Of a DNA stretch of 64,000 nt, positions 43,788 through 56,298 are shown piece after piece. How positions within the stretch are numbered: the first letter of the stretch is position 1; every line of letters starts with the position of its first letter. The notes beneath the pieces are model-generated. The model did not search any database and was not told the origin of the DNA. It saw only the letters and a list, made by a program, of their open reading frames with translations. The position numbers were made by a program, and so were the translations under genes. The DNA is from Trichoplax sp. H2 (Eukaryota), in assembly GCA_003344405.1 (NCBI GenBank), contig NOWV01000194.1, positions 62,001 to 126,000 on the forward strand, in the 5' to 3' direction.

Positions 43788-46700
43788 AATAGAATAACGA
43801 TGACTTTACCCCTACTGCAAGTGATTAATACTATCCTCTTGTCCTCTTGTACGGTAATTTAATCGTTCAATATCGATAGCAAACTAGTCATGATATAAAT
43901 GCACATGATCAAATTATTTTTAACATTTCCACTATAATTTTTAATATAGCATAGATTAATAAGCGCATGACTAACCCTAACGTCCTAAAATACTCAATGT
44001 AAATCCTTACCAGTAACTGAGCAGTCTATTTTCATCCGGTACAACGATTTGAACGAAATAGATAGAATTAAGTTTAAGTTTAGTTTGTTAATCGATTCTT
44101 AATAAGAAATAAGAAAATGAAGTCTTAGCGTACACAACTTGGCATGGTTTTCCTTGAGTAGCTCTATCTCGCAATAAGGTTGAAAATACAATAAGGCATC
44201 CAATTGTAATCACAACTAACAAATCAAATTCATTGAAATGCTCAGGCACTTTCCTATCGATATCATCGATGTAGTCAATAAACTAGTCAAAATGAATTAT
44301 ATTACAGTATATATATATATATGACAGATATTTTTCTCGTATAGCCCATTTAAGTACACATAAGTTAAGCAGTAGGATAGCCATGCATTTTTGTAGGATT
44401 GCCACTAATTAGAACACTCAAAATCACACAATCGAAACAATTTGCTTTCGAAAATCATTCATCAAGACAATAATATTTATATGTAGACAACAAATAGTCA
44501 CTTGAGTAACTTTCTATATGGTCAATAATGAATTCAACAAAATCGATCCCATCTAAGATTATTTGTTAAAATCGATAGAAACGTCTGCAAAGAGAAGTCA
44601 TTGAATGGCGGCTGCCTTAATAATTCTCTTTTAATTATAGTAAACATTCTAATGAGCGATGTGATATCGCTTACTATATTATTTCTTGGCCAATAGTGCG
44701 CTGCCGTCATTATAAAAGTTGAAAATTTTTTAAATATTTTAATTGGAATATTTTATTCCTATATGATTAGTTTACATATTGATACAAATGCGATGCCTGT
44801 TCTATTTAATTAGCCATTGCATGATTATCTAGTTAGCGTAAATACTTGATTAAATTCTTTCTTCTCTAAGTTTGTGTTTGACGATGCCAGCGTTTGCATA
44901 CCATCATCAGTGCCAACTCAAAGGAAAAAAATTATCTTTTTCCCCTGAGTTGCCCCTGCCATCATTTGGCAGAGTGAACGGTAAAGGAGTACACAACTTC
45001 CATACTGTGTTTAGTTTAAACACTAATTTTCCTAGCTTGTGTACTTTAGTTTTCTCTTTTACACAGTACATACTGTGCATTATGCTCTAAAGTACAGTAT
45101 GAAGCAACATAAATACGAAAGGGTACGAATATTAAATTAGCTTTGCTTGCAACTATGTTGTTTTCCAGTTAATATTTAGATATTTTCATTTGTCGCTATT
45201 GAATGTTGCACGGTTCTTGATAAGCATTTCTACCTAGCAAAATAGCACTTTGCGATAACAATATTTTTATTTTGTTTCATTTTCTTTACTTTGATAGAAA
45301 TAGATCCATCTACATTATATGAACTTGAGGATGAACTCCCGGATGATATTCTATATCCAACAGACGTAGCTAATATATCGGAGACCAATGGCGTAACATC
45401 ATCAGGTTTTAGCGATAGCGTCGGAAGTGGCCAATTTTGCAATAATGATGATAATACGAATAACCGAAATAATATTAGTAGCAATAATAATGAAGCACCG
45501 ACTTCAGCACCATCTACATCATCAAGTAATCCAATGACTCCACCTGTGACTGGTATGGCTACGTCCATACGGTCGTTTGGAAACGATATTAATAATTTTA
45601 GGAACGGCACAGCCAATATCAATGGCCCACCTATTGGCAATGAGCGGAGGCTGGGTCCTTCTTCTGCTATGCCAATAGCCAAAAGCGAGCCTAATAGTTA
45701 TGATAAATCGTTTGCCATGGTTAGCATTGGATGTTATCATAACACTGTGTATTAATATAGCATGACAAATACCAGTTGTATAAATAAATTAAATCTAAAG
45801 ATTTATATTTAATGATACAGTATCGTATGGTCTATCTTCTGTATAATTTCTTAAAATGTGAGACTGAAGATGTATTGATCTTTTTATCCAGAAGTATTCA
45901 TATAATAAGTCTCGATGATTCGATAACATTTGTGCAGTCTTCATTAATGCCGTATCTTTGTTTATTCTTTCTAAATATAGTCTTCCGATATATATATACC
46001 TAATCCTAACGCCGTAGGGCTTGACCAAGATAGCAAGAAAATAGAAGATCAATCTAATATCAAGCAGTATATTAACCATGAAAAACTGGCAGTAGAAGAC
46101 TTTAAAAGTTAGTAATTACTAGTAAACATTATTTGCTGGCATTGAACGCCAGTAACATTTACAAGAAATAGCGCAATCTACCATGCAGATGCTTTTTTCA
46201 TCTTTATTGATATCTTTCAAACAACAACATTAATAGTCGCATTTTACCAAAATTAATCACCTAGAATTGATTATTAACCTACAAAACATCATCTTTGATT
46301 ATTCAAATTTACTGTAATATCTGTTTTTGACTTTATTATAATCTGCATTTTAGAGAAGTGTTATGATACTATTGCAAGTGAAATTGGGAACAAATGGATT
46401 AAATTAGCAATATATTTGGACATTTCTAAGGATGTTACTCAACATCTTGAACAACAATACAAATATTCAACCAATAGATCGCTTTTAATAAAGAAGATGC
46501 TGCATTCTTGGCAGGAGAAAAATCCATCAATAAACCATTTAGCAATATTAATACTCAGTCTCTATCATCAAAAGCACGATATAATAGCCGAGAATCTTTA
46601 TGACTTGCTGCGACAAGCTCTATCTAATCCATTATTATCGAGTTATGTAAGGAATATTTTACAAGGTAAACGTTGAGCTTAATGATTTTATTAATTTCTA

Positions 46701-49700
46701 TTCAATAGAGACTTTCTAAATTTTTGATTTACATTTATTAAACAATAATTAGATGGTAGTTTCAAAGTCGAAAGTACAGATTCAAAAAGCGAAAATGTTT
46801 CAGATTCCGATGGTAAGTAAATATTAATTTCTTCCTATCTATTATTATCGATTATCTTCCTCCATTCCTAATTTTATGTATTAGAATGATATTGTCAACT
46901 TGGTTTACTCGTTCTATGTTACGCTAATGATACTATACGTACGCTATTAAGGTGTTGTTACTTTGAGTAACTCCAAAATGCTTCTCTTTCTGTATAATCT
47001 CTATAACTATCAAACCTTAATTGTAAAGTCAGTGATATTTTAAATCATAAAATTTAGATTTCGTTTGAATAGATTTTTGTGTTTATTTGACTGTATAAAT
47101 AAACTTTAATTTAATAATATTATAGCTTAGGCTTTTAGATGATATACTCGTATGTATTAATAATGCTTTAAATCAGCCGATAACCTATCAGTAACTTTGC
47201 TTGAAGATAGTCGCTAACTTGCTTAATTGATGTTAATGTAGCCATCGATAAAAGAAAATATCTAGAAGCTTATAATGAAGCATTAAAAGATGGAAAATGT
47301 CGAAATGATTTTACTAAAATTATATTTGCTGGACCGGAAAATGTGGGCAAATCGACTATTATGAACGTATTTACAAATCAAGGAAAAATTATTCGCGTAA
47401 ACCAAACTAAGATTATGGATAACACTGGCAAATATATCAATCTTATTGTATATAATATTTTGGATCAGAAAATTTATAATTTCCGGTCAGTGTTATATGG
47501 AAAAGTAATAGCAGTGATAAAGGAAATTAAAAGAAAGCCTGACATTCAATCTAGTGACAGTCCAAAAAGCAAAAGAATAAAATTAGATCGTCCATTGGAG
47601 ACCGTAGAAAGAAACAGCTCGCTAAATACCCACCAAATAGAGTCCAAAATCAATAATAATGGCTTTGCAGATACTGTTATATCCACAAAATCGACAACTG
47701 AAACATTTCACAAAATCTTGATTTATCAAGATTTTATGCAATTTATCAGCAACTTGAAAAGAAAAACGGAATATCATGACAGTCAATATGGAAAAATAGT
47801 CGATTTCGGGGGTCAAGCTATCTATCATGTTACTCATCGGCCTTTTCTATCAGGAAATAGTATATATATTCTAGTTTTTAATATCACTCATAAGTTCGAT
47901 GACTTTGTTATTGATAGAGAAGGAAAGAAAACTAATATGACTTATCAACATGCCATGCAAGAATGGCTTACATCCACTATTGACAGTCATGACGGCGATG
48001 AAACTATCGAAGTAGAAATTAATGGAAAAACGGAAGAATACTCTTTACCCGTTGTTATCTTAGTTGCATCTCATGGCGATCTAATACGAGATTGTCAACA
48101 ACGCAAAGATAAATTTCAGGCATTTGAGAACTGTATTATTCAAACATTACCTACCTATAAATCAAATCTATGCTGTTCAGGCATTATCTTTCATTGTAAT
48201 CCTAATGATGAATCTTCTGCAGCTACTGCACAACGTAAACAGACAACATTACAATTACATTACTTAATTAAGCAATTCATTTTTAGTTTACCATCAATGA
48301 AAAAATTTATTCCGATACGATGGTACATTATGGCATCTATATTACATGCATCGATTGATGATAAAAGTAGGCAAGCTGCATTAGCATCAGATTTCAATAA
48401 AATTATTGATAGAATTCGTAATATTATGACATTTGAAGAGATTAAGCAATTGGCTATTGATTGTGGTTTATATGAAGACGATGAGAAACTACGTAGCATG
48501 TTATTATATTTACATGATATAGGCGATATTCTATTTTGTCGGAAAAAAAATCTAGAAGGAATGATTGTAACTAATCTTGATTGGCTACTCAGCATATTTC
48601 GATCTATTCTAGAACTCGATAAACATGATTACAAGAATGCTAAAGTAAAAGAATGCTATAGAGAGGCTCGCGAAAGTGGGAAATTATCCGAAGTATGCAT
48701 TAAAAATGTAGCAAAGAAATTTAATCTGGATAAAAATGAGAAAGACTTTGTTTTACTGTTAATGGATAGGTATAACATTATCTGTAAAATTGAGGATATA
48801 AATGATAATTGCGACAACAGAAGATGTTATCAACAATACTTTGTGCCCTATCTACTCGATCCATCTGTTAATACTGTAGACCTGACAGGCTATCGTACAT
48901 CCGATTGGCTGTATATTGGATACGATAGGGAAGTGTTGCCATATATAGCTGATGAGATATTTTATTGCCATATATCCGCTTGTTTAAAGATATGGAATAA
49001 TCCAGAAGTAAAAGTTTATTATCGCGGTGCAAAATTTTGTATACGAGAATGGCCATACGAAATTATTGTACAGAAAGATGGCTCTTATATTGGTGTGCTC
49101 TATTGCTACCAAAGTCATCCAGAAAAAATTGCTGTACAGATTGAGAAAAATATTGGTTGTCTAATTAATCAAATACAACCGCACATCATTATTAAAGATA
49201 AATTAAACGAGATAGTTCACGAGAGAATGCCAAAGTTCAAGTTAGCTCAAAGTCAATTTTACGTTAAATGCGGTAATTGCAACCAGAAGACAGAAGCAGT
49301 TGATTTTTTAGGTAATAGCCTGGATACAATTCGTTGCTGCCAGTGCCTTAAATACTTTGAATCGAAATCAGCTCGTGATTGGATCCTTAATGGTAATACA
49401 AGATCAACATATAAATACGGTAGTAAAGTTAATTAGAATATAATGATCCTGCTATGGGTATCCAATACTTTTACTGCATATGTACGTGCACACGTATATC
49501 AAATTTCCAATAGATATGGCTGGAATACTGTTTCTGTAGAATTTAAGAGATAGCTGCGTTGCCATAGAAGTATCATAAATTAAATAAAAAATGTGCTATG
49601 CCATAATGATGTAGGTAAAGTGTGATTATTCGATTTAGTGCTGAATCAGATGGTAATTGAATAACAAGTTAGTCTCTAGTTTTACTCTTTCATCTATCCT

Positions 49701-51803
49701 CTGTAATAGTCAATAACTATAATTAAATAAAGTAAAAACTAATGCAGCGGTTTATCATTAAAATTCAGTAATTTAATAGAATTTATGGATTCTACGTCAG
49801 TAATGCTTTTTAACATTAACTGCTCTTACTTTATTTACAGATCCTGAACAGCGAGCAAGCTACTCGGGTAAAAGTAAGAATCAAGGTGAAGACAACTTAT
49901 ATGCTATCATACGAGCGAAACTATAAATATTTTCATTTTGAAGTTATCTTGACTTTTTATTTTACCCCGTATTTTAAGCAGTAGGACAGCCATACATTTT
50001 AAGGGATTGCTTTACATTGTACACTAGCATATTGAAATACATTACAAGACAAACAGTTTGCTTTTGATAATCATTCATCATTTCAAAATAACACTTATAT
50101 AGGTAAGAGAGAATCATTTCAGTAACTCTTCACGGCAGTTTCGTTTTCTATCATAAGTACATTGCCCTAATGATCACAATACATCTATGCAATCAGAGAT
50201 CATTGGTGACATTCGATATAACGCTTAACGCAGCAAAATAATTTAAATCTTCTCAAGCAATAAAGTCAACAGTTTAGCGTAAAATATTTCAAAACATAGT
50301 TTGTCCAGTTGAATCACCATTGATTTAGTTTTCAATCTACAGTTACAAAGTTAAAAGCTGCCAATTAATTATTCTTCAACAAAATCGATGATGAGTTGTT
50401 CCTTAATCTTCACATTAAAGTTCCTGTAGTAATCAAGAAGAATTACATTCATAAATTAAATTGCATTCTTCTGCAGCCTATGTAAAAAAAATAAGCAGCT
50501 TACTAAAGAGGCTTGTGCTATTCCTTTACTTGAAATTCTCTGATTAATAATAATATAAGCGGAGCTCTTGATGGAATTAGCCGAAACGACAATAAATAAG
50601 CAAAGTGCTTTAAATTTATTAGTCAAGATAAGAACACTTCCATTGACAAGGCAAATAACTTTCCATTAATTTCTTTTTGTACTTCTATATTACAGTATAT
50701 TAGTAACATAAAAACAAACCTAAGCAGTCGTAGTTCTTTATTAACAAAGCAAATAACTTGTGCGAAATGTTACGCGTTGTTAGCATAGTAGACAGCAGTT
50801 ATTTAAATAAAATTAGTACTGATGTAATATTTTACACGATTGAAGTTCTCTCTAACAACAGCATTATCTAATTATTTTGGTGTATTATGTTTATTTTGAT
50901 AATATATTCACGCTTTCTTTATTTGTGGCTGAAGAATAAGAACAACAGCATTTGAAATAGTGGTAGTCAATGTTAGAGTAATTTGATACATAAACAATGT
51001 AGGAAATGTTAATTGCGTAGCAGCCAACTCCGCTTACTTGATCGATCATTTCTTTCAAAACAATGTTAGAAAACTAACGGTTCATTACGTAGCGCAAAGA
51101 TAAAGTATTTTAGAATTGATATTGTAATAAATTAAAGAACAGTAGCGCTTAAGTAGAGAGCAACAGCGATGTTAATTGTTATTTAAACGCTTGAATCATC
51201 AACGGTAAAGCAGTCATTGCAATTGCTTCATAATTTGAAATAATAGCTTAGAAAAAATGGTAAACAACCAAAATCACTTATTTAAAGCAACGTATTGGCT
51301 GTTATTAAATGACAATGACAAACAAATTATATTTTGTTATTAAGGCTTTATACTCAAGAGAACTCCATGATTATTTTACTTCTAGATACAGAATCAAAAC
51401 AATGCCATTCGATAAAAAGTACCAGTGGTCAAGGTAAAGATAGCTTGTGAGCTAGTTTACAACACAGAAAGATCGTAATCAGAGTTGCATTTCAGAAATC
51501 ATCTTGCTAATCTATATTACTCAAGCTAATCTACAATATTATTGTAACATTATAGATATAAAGCATTACTTTTTCGAAATTGCAAACAAGATAAACTGCG
51601 ACTGGACTAAATTAGCTGCAGCATTAGATCCATCCATTGATGTTAGTATCATCGAAACTGAAAAGAGTAGTATTTTTGATCGAGCAAGGCTATTTCTCGA
51701 AAAATGGTACAGTAAGAATGCGCCAAATGTTAGTGTCGCTCAATTACAGGTAGCTCTACAAAGAATAGGTAGGAATGATATAATTTCTCTTGAGGACCTT
51801 TAA
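42651..51803 (+). CDS. Predicted multi-exon TPR-death domain-Roc-COR-death domain (Roco family) protein, ~1550 aa
   Basis: Frame-consistent GT-AG model: 42651-43773, 44891-44980 (optional), 45298-45719, 45981-46107, 46354-46665, 46753-46812, 47242-49419, 49841-49885, 51386-51433, 51556-51803; total 4653 nt. The TPR-to-downstream junction is inferred from the G|GTAAGT donor at 43773/4. Confidence 0.65.
46354..46665 (+). CDS. Death-domain exon (N-terminal to Roc)
   Basis: KCYDTIASEIGNKWIKLAIYLDIS...IKKMLHSWQEKNP...LILSLYHQKHDIIAENL has the death-fold signature (W..LA..L, ML..W, L..AL/SL...DI). Flanked by ttttag and gtaaac, phase 1-1. Confidence 0.85.
47242..49419 (+). CDS. Roc GTPase plus COR domain exon
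   Basis: YNEALKDGK..TKIIFAGPENVGKST (P-loop), DFGGQAIYHVTHRPFLSGNSIYILVFNI (Roc G3), VILVASHGD (G4), and COR motifs IPIRW, LLYLHDIGDILF, IVTNLDWL, YFVPYLL. C-terminal CGNC...CCQC. The track ORF 47343-49436 is part of this exon. Confidence 0.92.
51556..51803 (+). CDS. C-terminal death-domain exon, copy 1
   Basis: FFEIANKINCDWTKLAAALD...ARLFLEKWYSKNAPNVSVAQLQVALQRIGRNDII; acceptor ttatag at 51555. Confidence 0.88.
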
Positions 51804-53716
51804 TAAAGAATGGCGAATGCACATGCCTCAAGCGTTGCACTTGCAATAATTTTCTGTGGCATGCTGAAACGTTGTTTACTATTTGTTCATTCTATTGAAA
51901 CTGAAGCTCTGCATATAAACCTACATACATGTATTCAAATCAGCTTAGCAATATTGACTTAAAATATATAAAATTGTTCTTATTATAACGAAGGTACGAG
52001 TTATTTGTATGTTTTCACACTGTTTGTATCTTTTTGCAGATATTAAATAATTCATGTATTACTGCACATAGTTTATTTTGAGGCTTTCAAGTTGTCATTT
52101 AATATAGAAGTGAATTGCGCAATGGAATTGTCGTTAAAACTGCAGAGGGAAAATAGCTGGCGGCCGCTATATTTAATCTTATGTACGATCTATATTTATT
52201 AATTTCAAATGTTAAACTGTGGATAATCCCCTTCACGGATACTCTGCAGCATTGTATCTATTTGCCAGATTTCTTAATTGATTACCGAAATTAGTTAATA
52301 AATTTGCTTTATTCTTTTAATGGTAACGGATTACATTACAGGTTGTATGCTAGTAAAATTCTCATATTTTGTTTACACAATATTACTATCTATTTCTCTT
52401 CACATTGAAAATTTTCAAGAAAATATAAATATCATAACAGAATAACTCTAAATCTTTGAATTTCAAGACCATAACAGCAAAAAGCTCGAGCTCGCTGATT
52501 TTACTTTGCTCAACGATCAGAATTCTATTCGTTATTGTCCAAAAGATAAATTAATTTATTAGATCTATGAGTTGTGTCATTAAAGCTTAATCACAGCCTA
52601 TTAGAAATGATTGGATAAGCCGCTTACGACAAGGTACTTATGTGTTTAGAAATACTCAAATATTCATGCAATAAAATTTGTAAAATTTACATAATTTTTC
52701 TCAATAGTTAGCTGCTTACAATGGAGAAACTTTTGTAAAAACAGAATCCGTATCGTAAAATCAGAATTATAATTTTGGCATTTCTGCAGTAGTACGGTTT
52801 ACACCGAGGCGTAGGTCAGCTACTCTCGTTCATACATTCTTAGATTCCGTGACCCTTTCGCGAGTTGTGGAGTATATATTTTCACTGGCTGAGTATCAAC
52901 AGTGCCGTTTAAGAAATGTTAATTATTGTTAGCCAAGTATTATCGATTTGTCTGATGCCATCGTACTGCATTCGTATATATATGCCAATAGCATCAAGCT
53001 GACAATATTTCGCTGATAATAATTCCGCTAAGTTACTATTAATTGTGAACATTGTAACAATTGCAAGTAAAGATAAATGGATTAGGATTAGATCTCGTCT
53101 AAGTATTAGCAGTATTATATATAAACTGAAAGTACTCAGTTATACATTTCAATTATAGCATCTACGAAATATTTATTTTGTCAGGAAGTGATGAATGTAC
53201 ATCGCAATAAATAGTTTTCATAATTGGCTTAAATACGAGTATGTTACTAATTATAATCTATATCCTTATAAAAGAAGGTAGAAAGTAGTTGGTAACTGTA
53301 ATTACTGATTATACTTGCAGATATCAAGAAAAGTATATAACCAAGTAACTTTAGTTGATATAATAGTTCTTTCTCGTAATAAAATGATGTAAAAAATTAA
53401 AATGCTAAGCTAAGCTTTTACAAAACTTTAATTCTACTTCGTGCATCTCAATCGACTCGATGTAACTTAGACATCAAATAAAATAGAGAAAAACCCCAAC
53501 AACAACTAATTCAAAATTTGCTAAGAGATAGTCTAGCAATCTTTCAAATTGCTTACTGCTACTTAAGGCCGCCTTCTTGTATGCGTATATAAAATCATAC
53601 ATTCATAGTGTAGTTATGAAATCTGCTGTTATTAATAAAGGACAATATGCGAGGCTACGCGATACGCGAAGTATTGGATAGATCTGTATGTAAGATGTCT
53701 TAAACACAACGATAAT

Positions 53717-54319
53717 GTGTATGTTTCCTTGATGAATAATGATAGTGAAGTTATGAGAAAGCTAGAAACTGCTTTCCCGGAGATAAACACAGATGATATC
53801 CCTAAAATACCCAGAATATCATTTCTTAATGTGCCTATTGAAAAGACTAAACGAAAAAGAACTAGCAGTGGAAGTCAGGAATCAGAAATTATTAAGGAGT
53901 TACATGAGAAGTGGCAACCAGCAACTCATAGTTTAATCAGGACTCTGTCTGATCTAAGTGTGCAACCGAAAACATTAGATGATTGCAAAACGAAAATAGA
54001 TGAATGTGAACAAAGGATGCAAACAAATGATAGGTTCATTTTATACAACGCCTTCCGTTACGGCCGTTATTTGTATGAGGCCAAAGCTGTATTCGCTCTC
54101 GAAAAGAAGTACGGTTCAGGAAACTTCAACGAGTGGATAAATTCCAATTGCCATGTGAAGAAGAGTCGTGCACACGAGTACATCAACTTTTATGACAGCT
54201 TCGAGAAATATCCCAAGGTTACACGGTGCAATTTGCCTTTTCAATGGTTTACTAAGAACGGAAAAACAGTACTCAGATATTTCAGAAATCATCCTAAAGA
54301 GGCCAAGAAATTCAAATGA
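53717..54319 (+). CDS. Intronless ~200-aa protein with a DUF3102-like helical/HTH-type motif
   Basis: GRYLYEAK.........GNFNEWINSNCHVKKSRAHEYINFY resembles the DUF3102 pattern (G..L.EAK...G.F..W......RTA..YM; recognised by eye). Basic KTKRKR NLS-like stretch. First ATG at 53732; frame open from 53639; TATATAAAA at 53586. Confidence 0.7.
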   Translation: MYVSLMNNDSEVMRKLETAFPEINTDDIPKIPRISFLNVPIEKTKRKRTSSGSQESEIIKELHEKWQPATHSLIRTLSDLSVQPKTLDDCKTKIDECEQRMQTNDRFILYNAFRYGRYLYEAKAVFALEKKYGSGNFNEWINSNCHVKKSRAHEYINFYDSFEKYPKVTRCNLPFQWFTKNGKTVLRYFRNHPKEAKKFK

Positions 54320-54480
54320 TAGTTTTAACTTAATTATCCTTAAACTTGTCCGCATGTCTGGACAAGTTCATTTCTCTGTACGTGCCTCTGTACGAGGCAA
54401 AGAGATTTAAATGATAGCTTTTAACTTAATTATCCTTAAACTTGTCCGCACGTCTGGACAAGTTCATTTCTCTGTACGTT
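54313..54480 (+). repeat. Direct repeat (96-nt period) just after the stop codon; each copy carries a 9-bp stem-loop
   Basis: AACTTGTCC-GCATGTCT-GGACAAGTT at 54343-54368 and AACTTGTCC-GCACGTCT-GGACAAGTT at 54439-54464. Confidence 0.9.
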
Positions 54481-54769
54481 ATTAGGATTCGAACTAAGAC
54501 TCTCAATTTCTTTGACCATCCCACAAACCACCACTCTGTAGCCCATCGGTTGATTGTGAATAGAAATGAAGGAGTTATAAACAGTTGCTTGATGTTGCAT
54601 ATCATCTGTTATTCGCTGTTAGAACGTCGAAGCAGGCATGCACAATCTGATCTGAATTTATAGTCTACCTACAGTATGTTTACTCGCTTGCAATGCTTCG
54701 CGTAGTGTATTGTTATATATACGCTGTGCATAATATAAAGTATTACTAATACTTGACCATGTTAAATTA

Positions 54770-56200
54770 TACAATGTTCCACATAGTTTATGACAGTTGC
54801 ATGTTCCACATAGTTTTGAATGTTCCACATATTTTAGAATGTTCCACATAGTTTTAAATGTTCCACATAGTTTTGAATATTCCACATAGTTTTGAATCCT
54901 GATTAGGGAATATGACACAATATTTTGCCTATCAACACTTTTATGAATTCTCTATCTTCACACATAGCTTTAATCTATCCGATCCTATGTTCCACATACT
55001 TTACGGTGGTGATATGTTCCACATAGTTTTGAATCTTTCTATCCAAATCTATGCTACATGTTCCACATAGTTTTAAATTTAGATTAGGGATTATCGTACA
55101 ATATTCACCCAAAATTTGCCTATTTTAATTTTCATCAAATCCTATCTCCCCACTTAGGTTAGGGATTATCGCACAATATTCACCCAAAATTTACCTAACT
55201 TAATTCCGATCAAATCCCTATCTAGTGTCCGATTATAACATGTTCCACACATGTAACCCGTAATTTTAATATTTGCCCTCATATAACAGTCGAAAACGGC
55301 TAAGATAAACCGGATAAACGAACTTAGTCTATACAGCAATATAGTGTTATTATTTTCAAGTGTACGCATATATAACCCTACACAGACTATGTTGCGTAAC
55401 TACATCCCACGTAGAATATGCTAATTATGTTCAACACAGATTGTCGCAATGTTCCACATACTTAGTGAAGAATGTTCCACATAAATTATCAATAGATTAA
55501 GCAATATCGCCCAACCATAACCCAAAATTTGCCTACTTGGTTTGTACAAACGACCTATCTAACAGATTAGGCAATATCGTACTAGCTTAACCAAAAAATT
55601 TACCTGCTTATTTTTGATCAAAACCCTATCAAGTGTTCCATTTCTAAATGTTCCACATAATTTATAATGTATGTTCCACATAGATTATAAACTTTTGAAA
55701 TTACACATAAACATTCCACATCCATCCGAATCTCGTATCTTGCGTGTTCCACACAGTTTATGATTCTAAATGTTCCACATAGTTTATGACTCTAAATGTT
55801 CCACATAGTTTCATAATTATTTATGTTCCACATAGTTTTTACTCCTAGCTCTAATATTAGGGAATATCGCACAATATTCACATAAAATTTACCTATCATA
55901 ATTGTCATCAATTCCCTATCATCACACATAGATTAGGGAATATCACACAATCTTTGCATCAAATTTGCCTACTGTAATTCCGATCAAATCCCTATCTTAA
56001 TAGATTAGGGATTATCGCATAATCATGACACCAAATTTACCTACCTTAATTCCGAGCAAATCCCTATCTAGTGTTCGATTGCAACATGTTCCACATAGTT
56101 CAACACAAATTCATAATTTGCCCTCATATAACCAGTCGAAAACAGCTAAGATAAACCGGATAAACGAACTTAGTCTATGCAGCAATATAGTATTTTTATT
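54770..56200. repeat. Composite repeat region: ~18 same-orientation TGTTCCACA motifs, ~8 copies of a ~70-bp GATTAGGGA...CCCTATC unit, and an ~850-bp higher-order duplication
   Basis: TGTTCCACA at 54775, 54802, 54821, 54840, 54859 ... 55745, 55771, 55797, 55825, 56087. 70-bp units start near 54901, 55082, 55158, 55495, 55565, 55856, 55931 and 56003. 55270-55345 matches 56116-56192. Confidence 0.9.
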
Positions 56201-56298
56201 TTTGGTATTTATTTGGAAAAGATTTACACCACTTCCACAATTATTTCAAAAGTATATTTTGATATAATTGCGCAATAATAATTATTATAACTTATGAT

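Noticed and set aside
45230..45682. 150-aa minus-strand ORF and other antisense ORFs (47622, 48260, 48868, 54116, 59144)
   Set aside because: Shadows of real plus-strand exons
47242..49419. LRRK2/DAPK1/MFHAS1 orthology or NACHT/NB-ARC assignment
   Set aside because: No kinase, LRR or ankyrin exons in the gene; DFGGQ and COR motifs indicate Roc rather than a STAND ATPase, so no gene symbol is given
53562..53575. TTAA-GG start as a Kolobok/piggyBac TIR
   Set aside because: No matching inverted copy or TTAA at the other end of the insertion
54770..55850. CRISPR array or bacterial oriC (DnaA boxes) from the TGTTCCACA repeats
   Set aside because: Repeats are too short and spacers resemble each other. 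The motif differs from TTATCCACA, no full parS palindrome is present, and there are no bacterial genes.
54658..56267. ORFs at 54658, 55166 and 56025
   Set aside because: Translations of the iteron and 70-bp repeats (recurrent KLCGT)
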